NCBI GenBank assembly: GCA_964594455.1
Contig: CAZQLY010000001.1
Coordinates: 133,989-197,988 of the forward strand
Length of the DNA: 64,000 nt
DNA from: an uncultured Gammaproteobacteria bacterium
GTDB lineage: Bacteria; Patescibacteriota; Patescibacteriia; JAHIZJ01
Reading direction: 5' to 3'
Below, one piece after another: positions 49,049 through 59,109 of the stretch. The position numbers and the translations under genes are program-made. The notes beneath the pieces were generated by a model, which was not told the DNA's origin, did no database searches, and saw only the letters and a program-made list of their open reading frames with translations. Numbering within the stretch: the stretch's first letter is position 1; each line of letters begins with the position of its first letter.

Positions 49049-50544
49049 CCAAGCTGGAATCAGTAATTGGATTAGAAATTCACGTTCAGCTCAATACCAA
49101 GAGCAAGATGTTTTGCGGTTGTGATAACAAAAGCGATGAGGCTGAACCAAATACTAACATCTGCTCAGTCTGTACTGGACAGCCAGGCACCTTACCGGTG
49201 GTAAATGATTTGGCGTTGCGTTGGGGGATTAAAGCTGCTTTGGCCATGAACTGCACAATTTTACCCAAGACTAAATTTGATCGCAAGAACTATTTCTACC
49301 CAGATTTACCCAAAGGTTATCAAATTTCACAATATGATCTGCCTTTAGCCCAAGATGGTTTTTATAAAATCAAGTCAGGGGAGACATTAATTAAAGTTGG
49401 GATAGTGCGCGTGCATCTAGAAGAGGATTCAGCAAAGTTAATCCATCCGGCGGGTATGAAACACAGCTTGGTAGATTTTAACCGCTCTGGCACTCCTTTG
49501 ATTGAAATAGTTACTGAACCAGATTTTCGTCAGCCGTCAGAAGCCAGAGCCTTCTTGCAGTCCTTAAGACTTTTGATGCGATATTTGAAGATTTCAGATG
49601 CTGACATGGAAAAAGGACACTTGAGATGCGACGCTAACATTTCTTTACGACCAGTTGGTGATGTTCGGCTTTACACTAAGACAGAAATAAAAAACATGAA
49701 TTCATTCCGCTCGGTTGAAAACGCCTTAGCCTATGAAATCAAAAGACAGACTAAACTCTGGCAAAATAATGAAGTATCCAACCAACAGACCACCAGAGGT
49801 TGGGACGAAAATAAAGGTGTGACAGTAGAGCAAAGGAGTAAAGAAGGCGAGGCAGATTATAGATACTTTCCAGAACCAGATATTCCACCTATCGTGGTGA
49901 CTGCAGATATGATAAAAAGGCTTAAATCCGAGCTGCCCGAATTACCTGAACAGCGCCGAGTTAGATTTGTCGAAGATTATGCTTTTAGTGAAAAAGAAAT
50001 AAGTTTCTTGGTAGAAAACGTTGAATTGGCAAATTATGTAGAAGGAGTAGTGTCGGAACTAAGAGCCTGGTTCTTAGCCGAGCGACCCAAAGAAAGAGGC
50101 AAGGAGTTCTACGTTCAAAGGGATAAAATAACTCACTTGGCTGCCAGTTGGATTATAAACAAACTGGTCAAGCTGATGTATGATGCCGGAAAGACAGTAA
50201 AAGACTTGAAAATAACCCAAGAGAATTTTGCCGAATTTATTAAATTAATATACCAGGACAGAATTAACTCTCGTAACGCTCAAGAAGTAATGAAAGAGAT
50301 GTTTGAAAAAGGTCGCGATCCCTCAGACGTGATTGAAGAAAAAGACCTCTGGCAGCTGGGCACTCAAGAGGATTTGGAATTGATAGTTGATAAAGTAATT
50401 AACGACAATCCCAAACAAGTCGAGGAGTACAAATCAGGCAAGCTGGCCGTTTTACAATACTTGATTGGCCAGGTGATGAAGGAGTCGCGCGGTAAGGCCA
50501 ACCCCGAAGTGGTAAATCATATTTTAGTTCATAAGCTTAAATAG
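49030..50544 (+). CDS. gatB: Asp-tRNA(Asn)/Glu-tRNA(Gln) amidotransferase subunit B
   Basis: VIGLEIHVQLNTKSKMFCGC start, GatB/GatE catalytic domain and C-terminal GatB-Yqey domain; no adjacent gatA/gatC. Confidence 0.92.
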   Translation: MAEKKVAKLESVIGLEIHVQLNTKSKMFCGCDNKSDEAEPNTNICSVCTGQPGTLPVVNDLALRWGIKAALAMNCTILPKTKFDRKNYFYPDLPKGYQISQYDLPLAQDGFYKIKSGETLIKVGIVRVHLEEDSAKLIHPAGMKHSLVDFNRSGTPLIEIVTEPDFRQPSEARAFLQSLRLLMRYLKISDADMEKGHLRCDANISLRPVGDVRLYTKTEIKNMNSFRSVENALAYEIKRQTKLWQNNEVSNQQTTRGWDENKGVTVEQRSKEGEADYRYFPEPDIPPIVVTADMIKRLKSELPELPEQRRVRFVEDYAFSEKEISFLVENVELANYVEGVVSELRAWFLAERPKERGKEFYVQRDKITHLAASWIINKLVKLMYDAGKTVKDLKITQENFAEFIKLIYQDRINSRNAQEVMKEMFEKGRDPSDVIEEKDLWQLGTQEDLELIVDKVINDNPKQVEEYKSGKLAVLQYLIGQVMKESRGKANPEVVNHILVHKLK

Positions 50545-50546
50545 TA

Positions 50547-52097
50547 TTGTCTGAGCAAGTTATAGAAAAAAAAGTAGAGCTGGAGCGGATCATTAAAAAA
50601 CGCTCCTGGTTTTTAATTATATTAGCGGTAGCACTATCAGGAGCTTCAGCCTTGATTTATGAGGTCATAGCTGAACGCGTTCTGGAAATATTTTCCAATG
50701 GTTCACTATATTCGGTAACAACTGTATTAATAGTCTTTTTGGGAGGAATAGCTATCGGAGCTGGCTTAATGACTGAGTTAAGAAAGAAATATCAATTAGA
50801 AGCACCAGCATTTGTAATCATCCAAATGGTGATTGCCATATACAGCAGCTGTCTCCTAACACAATTTGGTTGGCTGCCATCTATTTTCGATAGGATCGAA
50901 GAATATATTTCATCACAAATCGCGGTGTTATTAATTGGTGGCATCTTCTATTTATTGATACCTGCTATTTTAATCGGTAGCGTTTTTCCATTAGCAGCCG
51001 CACTGATATTAGAAAGGGGGCAAGCAGATACCAAAAGAAGATTGGGCTGGCTCTATAGTTTTGATGTTATTGGAGCGGTAGTGGGGGCGGCCCTGGCTGG
51101 ATTTTGTTTGATCCCATTTCTAGGTTTAGTTAAAACACTATTAGTGGCCGCAGCGTTAAATTTAATTGCTAGTTTACTGTTACTAAATTACAAAAGGATC
51201 ACTCTGATGTATTGGCTTTTATTCTTTGCAATAATGTCCTTAGGGGTCTATCTATTCGTTCCGTATCAGTCAAATTTGAGCTTAGGAAGAGATTATGATC
51301 GGAACGAATCCTATACTCTACGATTTAACGAAAACGAACTTTTGTACAAAACCAGTTCACCCTATGGTTTGGTGACAGTGAGAGAAGAAGAATGGACCGA
51401 AGGTGGCCAGAACAGGATAATGGCCATAGGGGAACGTGATCAGTGTCAGTCAAAAGCCAGCGAATCTGAACAGCGTTTAGCGTTATCAACATTATCCAGC
51501 TTTAAAGAATCAGCCCGAGTGTTACATATTGGTTTAGGATGCGGATTCACACTACAAAAAATTTTGGAGTTTAATCCCGAATTAATTGACGTTGTTGAAA
51601 TCAATCGGGTTGTTCCCAGCATTGCTGATCAGTGGTTTGGTGAATTAAACGGACAGGCTTTGGACGATTCTAGGGTCAATCTGATAGTTGATGATGGAGC
51701 TGAAGTAGTAAGAAGAGGTGAAGATAAATACGACGTTATAATAATAGATATTGAGAATCCTACAATTGTTCATTCATCGCCTCTCTATACCTTGGAATAT
51801 TTCCGATACGCTGAAAGAATTCTCAAGCCGGGTGGTCGATTAGCTTTATGGGGTTATCAGTCGCAAGATTATAGGTATTTGAAAAGTTTAGTGAAAACGC
51901 TGGAAGAGGTTTTTGAACATGTAGACTTTTACCAGGATAATGCCTATATTTTTGTGGCCAGTCAGGGAGCGGTGGATTTATCTGAATTTGATTTGTATAA
52001 TACACGTGAGAGGTTAAGAGTAGAAATAAACAAACTTGATTCTATTGAAATAAATACCATAGATAACCTTGTTTTAGAAAAATATTATAATCCTTAA
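50547..52097 (+). CDS. Spermidine-synthase-like methyltransferase fused to an N-terminal polytopic membrane domain (COG4262-like)
   Basis: About 8 TM helices, then a Rossmann/SAM-type domain (VLHIGLGCGFT, DVIIIDIENP, KPGGRLALW). Confidence 0.6.
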   Translation: MSEQVIEKKVELERIIKKRSWFLIILAVALSGASALIYEVIAERVLEIFSNGSLYSVTTVLIVFLGGIAIGAGLMTELRKKYQLEAPAFVIIQMVIAIYSSCLLTQFGWLPSIFDRIEEYISSQIAVLLIGGIFYLLIPAILIGSVFPLAAALILERGQADTKRRLGWLYSFDVIGAVVGAALAGFCLIPFLGLVKTLLVAAALNLIASLLLLNYKRITLMYWLLFFAIMSLGVYLFVPYQSNLSLGRDYDRNESYTLRFNENELLYKTSSPYGLVTVREEEWTEGGQNRIMAIGERDQCQSKASESEQRLALSTLSSFKESARVLHIGLGCGFTLQKILEFNPELIDVVEINRVVPSIADQWFGELNGQALDDSRVNLIVDDGAEVVRRGEDKYDVIIIDIENPTIVHSSPLYTLEYFRYAERILKPGGRLALWGYQSQDYRYLKSLVKTLEEVFEHVDFYQDNAYIFVASQGAVDLSEFDLYNTRERLRVEINKLDSIEINTIDNLVLEKYYNP

Positions 52098-52107
52098 TGT
52101 TATAAAT

Positions 52108-52302
52108 ATGGGAGAAAGAGGATCAGACATAGAAAAATATAGAGAAGGGCAGTTTTCTGACAGCTTTGCAAGCGAGGAAGAGGAAAAAGATCCGGAAAAA
52201 CTGAAAGAAGCCACCAGAAGGCTTAAAGACAAAAGATTGGGTCGAAAACCGGACAGAAGTATTGAAATTCCGGATACAGAGGCTGGTAAGAAAGAATCAT
52301 AA
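52108..52302 (+). CDS. Small charged hypothetical protein
   Basis: 64 aa, highly charged (E/K/R/D); coding status uncertain. Confidence 0.3.
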   Translation: MGERGSDIEKYREGQFSDSFASEEEEKDPEKLKEATRRLKDKRLGRKPDRSIEIPDTEAGKKES

Positions 52303-52325
52303 ATATCTGTGGATAAAAACAGCAT

Positions 52326-52354
52326 TGACCGAATATCATTCAGGTGATATGCTC
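52326..52354 (+). promoter_or_regulatory. Sigma70-like promoter (TTGACC, 17 nt, TATGCT) upstream of the pyrBI leader
   Basis: ttgaccgaatatcattcaggtgatatgct. Confidence 0.4.
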
Positions 52355-52364
52355 TGTTTCAGAT

Positions 52365-52443
52365 ATGAATAACCACGGAATGAAACAAGTGAATAGGAGG
52401 GCTAAGGCCTGAGGAAATCCCCGGATGACGGGGAATTTTTTTT
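52365..52443 (+). promoter_or_regulatory. Putative attenuator: 15-codon leader ORF (MNNHGMKQVNRRAKA) followed by an intrinsic terminator hairpin (tccccg-gatga-cgggga, then T8) upstream of pyrBI
   Basis: The leader ORF ends 6 nt before a perfect 6-bp-stem hairpin and a U8 tract; pyrBI starts about 70 nt downstream. The architecture recalls the E. coli pyrBI attenuator; the leader has no obvious SD. Confidence 0.35.
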
Positions 52444-52513
52444 GGTCTGAAGCTCTGTGGTTATAGAATGTACGTTGATAATCGGGCATGAAAAACACGC
52501 AAGGAGGGGGTTG

Positions 52514-53992
52514 ATGAAACACGTAATCAGCGCGCAGGATTTCCGGGCTGACTGGGTTCAGGAGGTGCTGGAGCGAGCCACTTTCAATATCGAAACCTAC
52601 CGTAGTGGTGAGCCGAAGGGACACAAAAGCACCAAGGCGACAGTGTTCATTGCTGAGCCAAGCACCCGGACCAGCGGGTCCTATAGTGAGGCTGCCCGAC
52701 TGGCCGGCTGTGCCAGGGAGGGTATTTCTGGCGCCGATCTGACTTCATTGGTCAAAGGTGAAACTTTAGGAGCGACCGGTAGAATGTTCAGTGGCCAGAA
52801 CACAGCACTGCTGCCTATTCGCACTAGGATCGAAGGAGGAGCCAGGTGGCTGACCGAGATGTTCGCGATGGAGGGTTATGAATACCTGACCGCAGTTCAT
52901 AACTGCGGCGATGGATCCAACGAACATCCGACTCAAGCCTTGCTTGATCTGCTGACGATCCAGCAGAAATTGAATCGCTTAACAGACCTGAAGATCGGGT
53001 TTGTAGGTGATCTGAGGAACAGCCGGACGGTTCACTCATTGGTCGGGGTTCTCAGGCTTTTCACTGGCATCAAGATTGTCCTGGTGTCTTCACCATCAGT
53101 CAAACTGCCTGGGTGGTACACCGAAGGAATGGAGGTTGAGCAATCACAAGAGATTGAGGCGCTCCGTGGATGCGACGTTGTCTATGTCACGCGTGTCCAA
53201 GCAGAGCGTTTCGGTGGCAACAAGGTAGAGTATGAGCGTGTCCGGGGCCTGTATTCAATTGGCGTCAAGGAATTGGAGTTGATTGGTCCTAAGACTCAGA
53301 TAATGCATCCTCAGCCGATCAATCAGACTGACCGTGATATCGATCCGAGGATTTGGCGTCATCCGCAAGTGGTCATGGATTTTCAAGCTCAGATGGGAAT
53401 TCCAATGCGCATGGCTCTGATCGAATGGTCGTTGGCTCATATCAAGGACAGTGTTGTATCTGAAGCTCCTAAGCCAGGAATCGCTGTTTTGAGCGAGCGC
53501 TCAGCTGGCGAGGCCTTGCGGGCCAAGCATGCGAGGAATCAATACTTCACGCCAATTGAGCGGGGAACGGTTATCGATCACATTCCGCACGGCTTGGGCG
53601 CGAAGGTTGAAGCAGTATCTAACGCTGAAGCTAATAACGGCGATGGTGCTGTCCTGTTGCTCAAGAGACTCCGGACTCAAGGTGATCCTGGGACCAAGGA
53701 TGTGTTGGTAATCGAGGACGGATTCCTGTCTGATGCGGAGAAAGCAGCTATCTCGGTGATTGCACCAAGTGCGGTCTTCAACGAGATCAGAGAGGGACAA
53801 ATCATCAAGATGCGAGTCGAATCGGTTTCACAGATCGGCATCGGCAAGTGTCCCAATTCCAACTGCATTACCCAACAGGACATCGAAGCCGCACTGTATC
53901 CTGGTTTCAGTATCGTGATTGAAGACGGCGGACACATCAGACTGGTCTGCCGCTACTGCGAAAGACACTTCCATCGCGAGGAAGTGATCTAG
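52514..53992 (+). CDS. pyrBI: Aspartate carbamoyltransferase with fused catalytic (PyrB) and regulatory (PyrI) chains (GC-rich islet)
   Basis: PyrB motifs STRT (EPSTRTSGS), HPTQ (EHPTQALLD), HPQP; C-terminal about 160 aa with a PyrI-like allosteric domain and a 4-Cys zinc domain (CPNSNC...CRYC). Start at ATG 52514, 6 nt after AGGAGG. Confidence 0.8.
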   Translation: MKHVISAQDFRADWVQEVLERATFNIETYRSGEPKGHKSTKATVFIAEPSTRTSGSYSEAARLAGCAREGISGADLTSLVKGETLGATGRMFSGQNTALLPIRTRIEGGARWLTEMFAMEGYEYLTAVHNCGDGSNEHPTQALLDLLTIQQKLNRLTDLKIGFVGDLRNSRTVHSLVGVLRLFTGIKIVLVSSPSVKLPGWYTEGMEVEQSQEIEALRGCDVVYVTRVQAERFGGNKVEYERVRGLYSIGVKELELIGPKTQIMHPQPINQTDRDIDPRIWRHPQVVMDFQAQMGIPMRMALIEWSLAHIKDSVVSEAPKPGIAVLSERSAGEALRAKHARNQYFTPIERGTVIDHIPHGLGAKVEAVSNAEANNGDGAVLLLKRLRTQGDPGTKDVLVIEDGFLSDAEKAAISVIAPSAVFNEIREGQIIKMRVESVSQIGIGKCPNSNCITQQDIEAALYPGFSIVIEDGGHIRLVCRYCERHFHREEVI

Positions 53993-54008
53993 CATTTGTT
54001 CATTCATC

Positions 54009-54040
54009 GGGAGAAGTCATCTGACCTCTCCCTTTTTTTA
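54009..54040. terminator. Hairpin terminator between convergent pyrBI and miaA
   Basis: gggaga-agtcatctgacc-tctccc then ttttttt; the T-run overlaps the miaA stop. Confidence 0.6.
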
Positions 54041-54913
54041 TTTAAGAAATTGTTTTGTTAACCTGTTGGCTTGGTTTCTATTGGTGATCCAGTGAATATT
54101 TTTATCTCTGCGAAACCAGGTTAGTTGGCGCTTAGCATAATGACGCGTATCGCGCTTTATCAAATCTATGGCTTCTTGTTTGGATAATTTATCTCGCAGA
54201 AACAATCCGATTTGTTTGTAGCCAATACCCGACATGGCTGGTAAATTCCAAGAATATTTTTTGGCTAATTTTTTTGCTTCAGCAATTAAACCTTTATTTA
54301 TCATATTATCAACTCGCCCGTTGATTCTTTTATACAAGACATCGCGGTCTATTTTTAATCCTAATTGCAAAACATCAAAAGCTGGTGTCTGATTGTTTAT
54401 TCGCGATTTACCTTTTGTGGATTTAGCTATCTCAATAGCTCGAATAAGGTAGCGTTTGTTATGAGGATTGATTTTCTTTGCTGAATTCGGATCAAGACGT
54501 TTTAACTGAGCCAGTAATTGAGCTGTGGTTTTTTTGTTTAATATCTTCCTCAAGGCAATGTCGGGTTTAACCTTAGGCAAGGAATATCCCTCAATGATTG
54601 ACGATATGTACAGGCCGGTTCCTCCAACTAGAATCGGTAATTTATTGGCTGGTATCTTCTTTATTGTTTTGTAAAAATCTTTTTGGAAATCAGCCAGCGT
54701 ATACTTCTGGCTTGGCTTGACTATGTTTATCAAGTAATGTTTGACGTATTTCAGTTCGGCTGAAGAAGGTTTGGCGGTTCCGATATTCATCTCCTTGTAT
54801 ATTTGTCTGGAATCGGCTGAAATGATGATGCCGTTGTATTTTTTAGCCAAATACAAAGCCAACTCTGATTTCCCGGAAGCAGTTGGTCCTAAAATAACTA
54901 GTAGTTTTTTCAT
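54038..54913 (-). CDS. miaA: tRNA dimethylallyltransferase
   Basis: P-loop ILGPTASGKS, ISADSRQIYKEMNIGTAKP. Confidence 0.9.
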   Translation of the reverse strand: MKKLLVILGPTASGKSELALYLAKKYNGIIISADSRQIYKEMNIGTAKPSSAELKYVKHYLINIVKPSQKYTLADFQKDFYKTIKKIPANKLPILVGGTGLYISSIIEGYSLPKVKPDIALRKILNKKTTAQLLAQLKRLDPNSAKKINPHNKRYLIRAIEIAKSTKGKSRINNQTPAFDVLQLGLKIDRDVLYKRINGRVDNMINKGLIAEAKKLAKKYSWNLPAMSGIGYKQIGLFLRDKLSKQEAIDLIKRDTRHYAKRQLTWFRRDKNIHWITNRNQANRLTKQFLK

Positions 54914-54995
54914 TGGCCGTAGTTTATCTCAATGATATAGTGATTGCGTTGATAGTGATGGTTCTTTATGACGCGAACAGAAGGAGGGAAGAAAT

Positions 54996-55490
54996 GTGAT
55001 AGACGAGATCTTTTTTGCTTGGACGGCTATATGGCAGGAACAGACCACGGCTGTTGCTATGTACCTTGCTGGGTACGCTTTCTGGAAAGGTTACATAGTC
55101 CTAGTCAGCGGATCTAGCATTGGGATAATCATCTGCTATTTCTTTCCTGATTATACCAAATGGCTGGGTCAGCGGACAGTCGAGTCGATAGAAACAGCCA
55201 CACAGAGAAGGCTGCGCGATACCCGCCTCATGATTTGGTGTCAGCACTACTGGCTAGCTATTGAGAAGGCACGGGCGAGATTAATCGATCGGATAGTTGC
55301 AAACAATTATCCTCAACTGATTGTCTTTGCCAGTACAGCCATACCAATACCTTTTCTCTGGCTGGCTCCGATAGCCGCCACCAGGATTCTGAAGCTGCGA
55401 CGGGGATTTACGATCGTCTATTCAGCCAGTGTCGTGCGATCGTTGATAATTGCACTGGTAACATATCGGGTCCTAGTAACGTTAAAATAA
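54996..55490 (+). CDS. Membrane protein, hypothetical (moderately GC-rich)
   Basis: GTG start 7 nt after AGGAGGG; 4 TM helices. Confidence 0.45.
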   Translation: MIDEIFFAWTAIWQEQTTAVAMYLAGYAFWKGYIVLVSGSSIGIIICYFFPDYTKWLGQRTVESIETATQRRLRDTRLMIWCQHYWLAIEKARARLIDRIVANNYPQLIVFASTAIPIPFLWLAPIAATRILKLRRGFTIVYSASVVRSLIIALVTYRVLVTLK

Positions 55491-55493
55491 CGC

Positions 55494-56858
55494 TTATCGT
55501 TTTTTAGGCGAAGAGCGTTTTTTTAATTCTCCCGTTAGATTCCAGGCTGTAGCTGATGTTACATTAACAGTTTTAAAACGACCTGTTAGATCACTGGTTG
55601 ATTTTACTCTGATATTTTTAAATCCGTAAGTTTTACCGTCACAATAGCCTTTCTGACATTTTTCAAAAAGAACCCGCTGTTCTGAATTAATCAATTTTTT
55701 GTTTTTCGCTAAAGCCACTTTTTTCAAAATTGAATTAAGGTTTTTTTCTCGCGTAGCTTTTATATCATGTGGAATATCATCTTTAAGTCTGGCTGCCATA
55801 GTACCGGGTCGGGGCGAGTATTGAGCAATATAAGCCATATCAAATTTAACCTCTTTGACTAGCTGACAAGTTTTTTGGAAATCTGATTCAGTTTCTCCGC
55901 AAAAACCTACAATAATGTCAGTTGATATTACAGCGTTTGGAATTTGTTTTTTTATTTTATTTATCTGTTCTTTATAGTGTTCAATAGTATAAAGCCGATT
56001 CATTCTTTTTAAAACTTCATTGCTTCCGGATTGTACTGCTAGGTGAATATAAGGCGTTATTTTTTTATTACTAGCTACTGTTTTAATTAAATTTTCGTCC
56101 ATATCGTAGGGGTGGCTGGTAATAAACCTAATCCAGAAGTCACCGGGCAGAATAGCAATATTTTTCAGCAGGGTAGGGAAATTCATTGGGTTATTTACCG
56201 CTCTTTTGTTGATTTCCAGTTGACCCTGAGCTCCTTTTTTATGAATTAATACCTTTCCTTTGGGGTGGTTTATAGCCACTCCTTCGAAATCCCAGCCATA
56301 AGAGTTTACGTTTTGCCCAAGCAAGGTGATTTCTTTATATCTCTTCTTAATTAATTGTTTTATTTCGTAAATAATATCATCGGGAGGACGAGATACTTCA
56401 CGGCCACGAGTGTAGGGGACAGCGCAGTAACTGCAGAATTTATTGCAGCCGGTTGAAATCGGAACAAAAGCCTGGAATTTAGAATTATAGTTTGGTTTTA
56501 TGGTTAAGTATTCTTCCCTGGCTGTGTTTTTGGCTTTTTTATTGATTAATAGAGCGGGTAATTCTTGAATATCTTTGATCGGCAATATATGATCAAACAC
56601 TTCGGACATTTTTATTTTGTCTAAATCCAAAACACAGCCGGTTAATATTGTAATGGCGCCTGTCTGCTTCCAGCGTCTGGCTCGTCCATAAATACGATCA
56701 ACCGCTTTTTGTCTGACCGCGCAAGCCACAACTAAAATCAGATCGGCCAAGCTTTCCTTGTTTGTCCTACGGTAGTTAAGCTCCTTTAATATAGTCTCCA
56801 GGCGTTCAGCGTCGGAGATGTTCATCTGACAACCAAAAACCTGTATATAATATTTCAT
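55494..56858 (-). CDS. miaB: Radical-SAM methylthiotransferase, MiaB-like (tRNA ms2i6A synthase)
   Basis: N-terminal MTTase domain (VFGCQMN), radical SAM CNKFCSYCAVPYTRG, C-terminal TRAM; adjacent to miaA. RimO not excluded. Confidence 0.8.
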   Translation of the reverse strand: MKYYIQVFGCQMNISDAERLETILKELNYRRTNKESLADLILVVACAVRQKAVDRIYGRARRWKQTGAITILTGCVLDLDKIKMSEVFDHILPIKDIQELPALLINKKAKNTAREEYLTIKPNYNSKFQAFVPISTGCNKFCSYCAVPYTRGREVSRPPDDIIYEIKQLIKKRYKEITLLGQNVNSYGWDFEGVAINHPKGKVLIHKKGAQGQLEINKRAVNNPMNFPTLLKNIAILPGDFWIRFITSHPYDMDENLIKTVASNKKITPYIHLAVQSGSNEVLKRMNRLYTIEHYKEQINKIKKQIPNAVISTDIIVGFCGETESDFQKTCQLVKEVKFDMAYIAQYSPRPGTMAARLKDDIPHDIKATREKNLNSILKKVALAKNKKLINSEQRVLFEKCQKGYCDGKTYGFKNIRVKSTSDLTGRFKTVNVTSATAWNLTGELKKRSSPKKR

Positions 56859-56931
56859 ATAATGATATTAATAAATTACCCCTCGTGTTGAAATGGTACG
56901 AGGGGCATTTACTCTTGCCTGATCGTTTGTG

Positions 56932-57285
56932 TTATTGTTCCAACCCCTCATCATTGTCTTCTGCCTCCTCCCTGGCTGTAGTCCTCGCTGCACATTGTTG
57001 TGCTTCGGTGAAGATGTCCACGATACCACTGATTGATTCTTGTACCTGCCTGGCTGCGATCTTCTCGGCCGATCTCACTGCCGGTTCTGGGTAGCCTCTC
57101 AAGCTTAATTCCTCTGGATGAGAGAATATTGGACTCGACAATAGACCCAGCAATCGAGACATGGTGTTGCGGTCAATCCGTCCTTCTTGATAAAGCCACT
57201 GGATGTCGACTCCTGCCTGCCTTAACCCCTGACGGAGCTTAGCCAGGTAGGCGGTTCTAGGAGTTACTTCTGTCATGGCGATCAC
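56932..57285 (-). CDS. Hypothetical protein (GC-rich islet)
   Basis: 117 aa, acidic C-terminus; GAGGTGAT SD; a hairpin (cccctcgt...acgagggg) at 56878-56904 lies downstream. Confidence 0.4.
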   Translation of the reverse strand: MIAMTEVTPRTAYLAKLRQGLRQAGVDIQWLYQEGRIDRNTMSRLLGLLSSPIFSHPEELSLRGYPEPAVRSAEKIAARQVQESISGIVDIFTEAQQCAARTTAREEAEDNDEGLEQ

Positions 57286-57372
57286 CTCGATTCAGACCAG
57301 GGCAAGAGTAATAAAGAGGTGAAAGGATCGTGACACTATCGTAGCAGGTGATATTTTATTGTCAAATGGGTA

Positions 57373-59109
57373 TTATTGTCTTTCTGTAACTGACTTTTCT
57401 AGATTTTTGATAAAGGAAGATATAGAAACGATGGAAACTTTGTCGTCTCCTCGAGCCCTAACGTGCAACTTGCTGCTCTTTAGCTCTTTATCTCCGATTA
57501 CCAATATGTAAGGGGTTTTTTGCTTGATCGCTTTGCGGATTTTATTACCTACCGTTTCATTGGCGCTGTCTACATAAACACGCAGGTTGTGTGATTTGAA
57601 TTCTTCAGCCAATTTCTCCGAAGGCTTGATATGTGCAGATCCTACCGGGACGATTTGAATTTGCACTGGAGACATCCAAACAGGAAAGGCTCCGGCGTAA
57701 TGTTCAATGATAATGCTCAAGAATCTTTCCATTGATCCGGCTACCGCAATATGAATCATCACCGGTCTAGCCTTTTTACCTTTATCGTCGGTATATTCCA
57801 GCTTGAATCTCTCGGGTAGATTGAAGTCTAGCTGTATTGTGGAAAGCTGCCAGGTGCGGCCCAATGAGTCCTCGGCTTTGAAATCTATCTTGGGACCGTA
57901 AAAAGCAGCCTCGCCTTCGCAAATATCATAATTTATTTTTTTTTGATCTAAGAAATCTTTGAGTAGTTTTTCTGATTTTTTCCAGATTACATCACTGCCG
58001 AGATATTTATCAGGTGTTTTTGGATCACGCACTGACAGCTCAACCTTGATAGGAAACCCGAATACTTTGTTGAATTTACTAATAATGTTATAGGCTCGTT
58101 CAGCTTCAGTGGTTATTTGGTCCGGACGACAGAATATATGCGTATCGTCTATGGTTATAGATCTGACTCGGGAAAGTCCCAGCAGTTCGCCCGTTTGTTC
58201 ATCACGGTACATTTTGGTAGTTTCGGCTAAGCGCACGGGCAAATCACGATAACTACGCGGCAGGGAAGAGTAGATCATCACATGATGAGGGCAGTTCATA
58301 GGTTTGAGTACAAATTCCTCGCTTTTGCCTTTGACATAAAAGATATCGTTTTTAAACTTATCCCAATGCCCAGACGTTTTGTAGAGATCACTTTTAGCAA
58401 TATGCGGTATATCAACCAGCTCATAACCCTGCTCTGATTTTAATTCATTAAGAAGTTTGTTAACTTCATTCATCAAGATGGTACCTTTGGGTAAATAAAG
58501 AGGTAGTCCCGGACCGACTAAATCAGAGAAGGCGAATAGTTCTAATTCTTGACCCAATTTTCTGTGCTCTCTCTTTTCTGCTTCATCCCTTTGTAGCTGG
58601 TATTCATCTAGCTGTTTTTTTGTGTCAAAAGCTACACCGTATATTCTTTGCATCTGAGGATTTTTTTCATCGCCTCGCCAGTAGGCACCTGCCACAGAGA
58701 TCAATTTAAAAGCTGCTGGATCAATGTCTCGAGTTGTATTGACATGCGGGCCTCCACAAAGGTCGATAAAGTTGGCTGAACGATAAAAAGTAATCGGTTT
58801 TTTATCCCTGATTAGATCTTTAACCAGCTCTTCTTTGAAAGGCTGATCTTTTACAATCTTCTTGGCTTCATCAGCTGAAACCGACAGGCGTTCGAAACTA
58901 ATAGATTTCTTAACAAGCTGACGCATTCTTTTCTCCAGTTTTGGCAGATCCTTAATTGTGATCTTATCTGGTAGGTCAAAGTCGTAATAAAAGCCATTAT
59001 CTATGGTTGGCCCAATTCCCAGCTTGGCATTTGGATACTGCTCTAGAACGGCCATAGCCATGAGATGTGACAGAGAATGTCTAATTTTTTCTAATTGCTC
59101 TTTTTTCAT
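57373..59109 (-). CDS. thrS: Threonine--tRNA ligase (lacks the N-terminal TGS domain)
   Basis: Editing-domain HxxxH (HSLSHLMA), class II core KPMNCPHHVMIY, RVRSITIDDTHIFC, C-terminal anticodon-binding domain; 578 aa. Confidence 0.92.
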   Translation of the reverse strand: MKKEQLEKIRHSLSHLMAMAVLEQYPNAKLGIGPTIDNGFYYDFDLPDKITIKDLPKLEKRMRQLVKKSISFERLSVSADEAKKIVKDQPFKEELVKDLIRDKKPITFYRSANFIDLCGGPHVNTTRDIDPAAFKLISVAGAYWRGDEKNPQMQRIYGVAFDTKKQLDEYQLQRDEAEKREHRKLGQELELFAFSDLVGPGLPLYLPKGTILMNEVNKLLNELKSEQGYELVDIPHIAKSDLYKTSGHWDKFKNDIFYVKGKSEEFVLKPMNCPHHVMIYSSLPRSYRDLPVRLAETTKMYRDEQTGELLGLSRVRSITIDDTHIFCRPDQITTEAERAYNIISKFNKVFGFPIKVELSVRDPKTPDKYLGSDVIWKKSEKLLKDFLDQKKINYDICEGEAAFYGPKIDFKAEDSLGRTWQLSTIQLDFNLPERFKLEYTDDKGKKARPVMIHIAVAGSMERFLSIIIEHYAGAFPVWMSPVQIQIVPVGSAHIKPSEKLAEEFKSHNLRVYVDSANETVGNKIRKAIKQKTPYILVIGDKELKSSKLHVRARGDDKVSIVSISSFIKNLEKSVTERQ

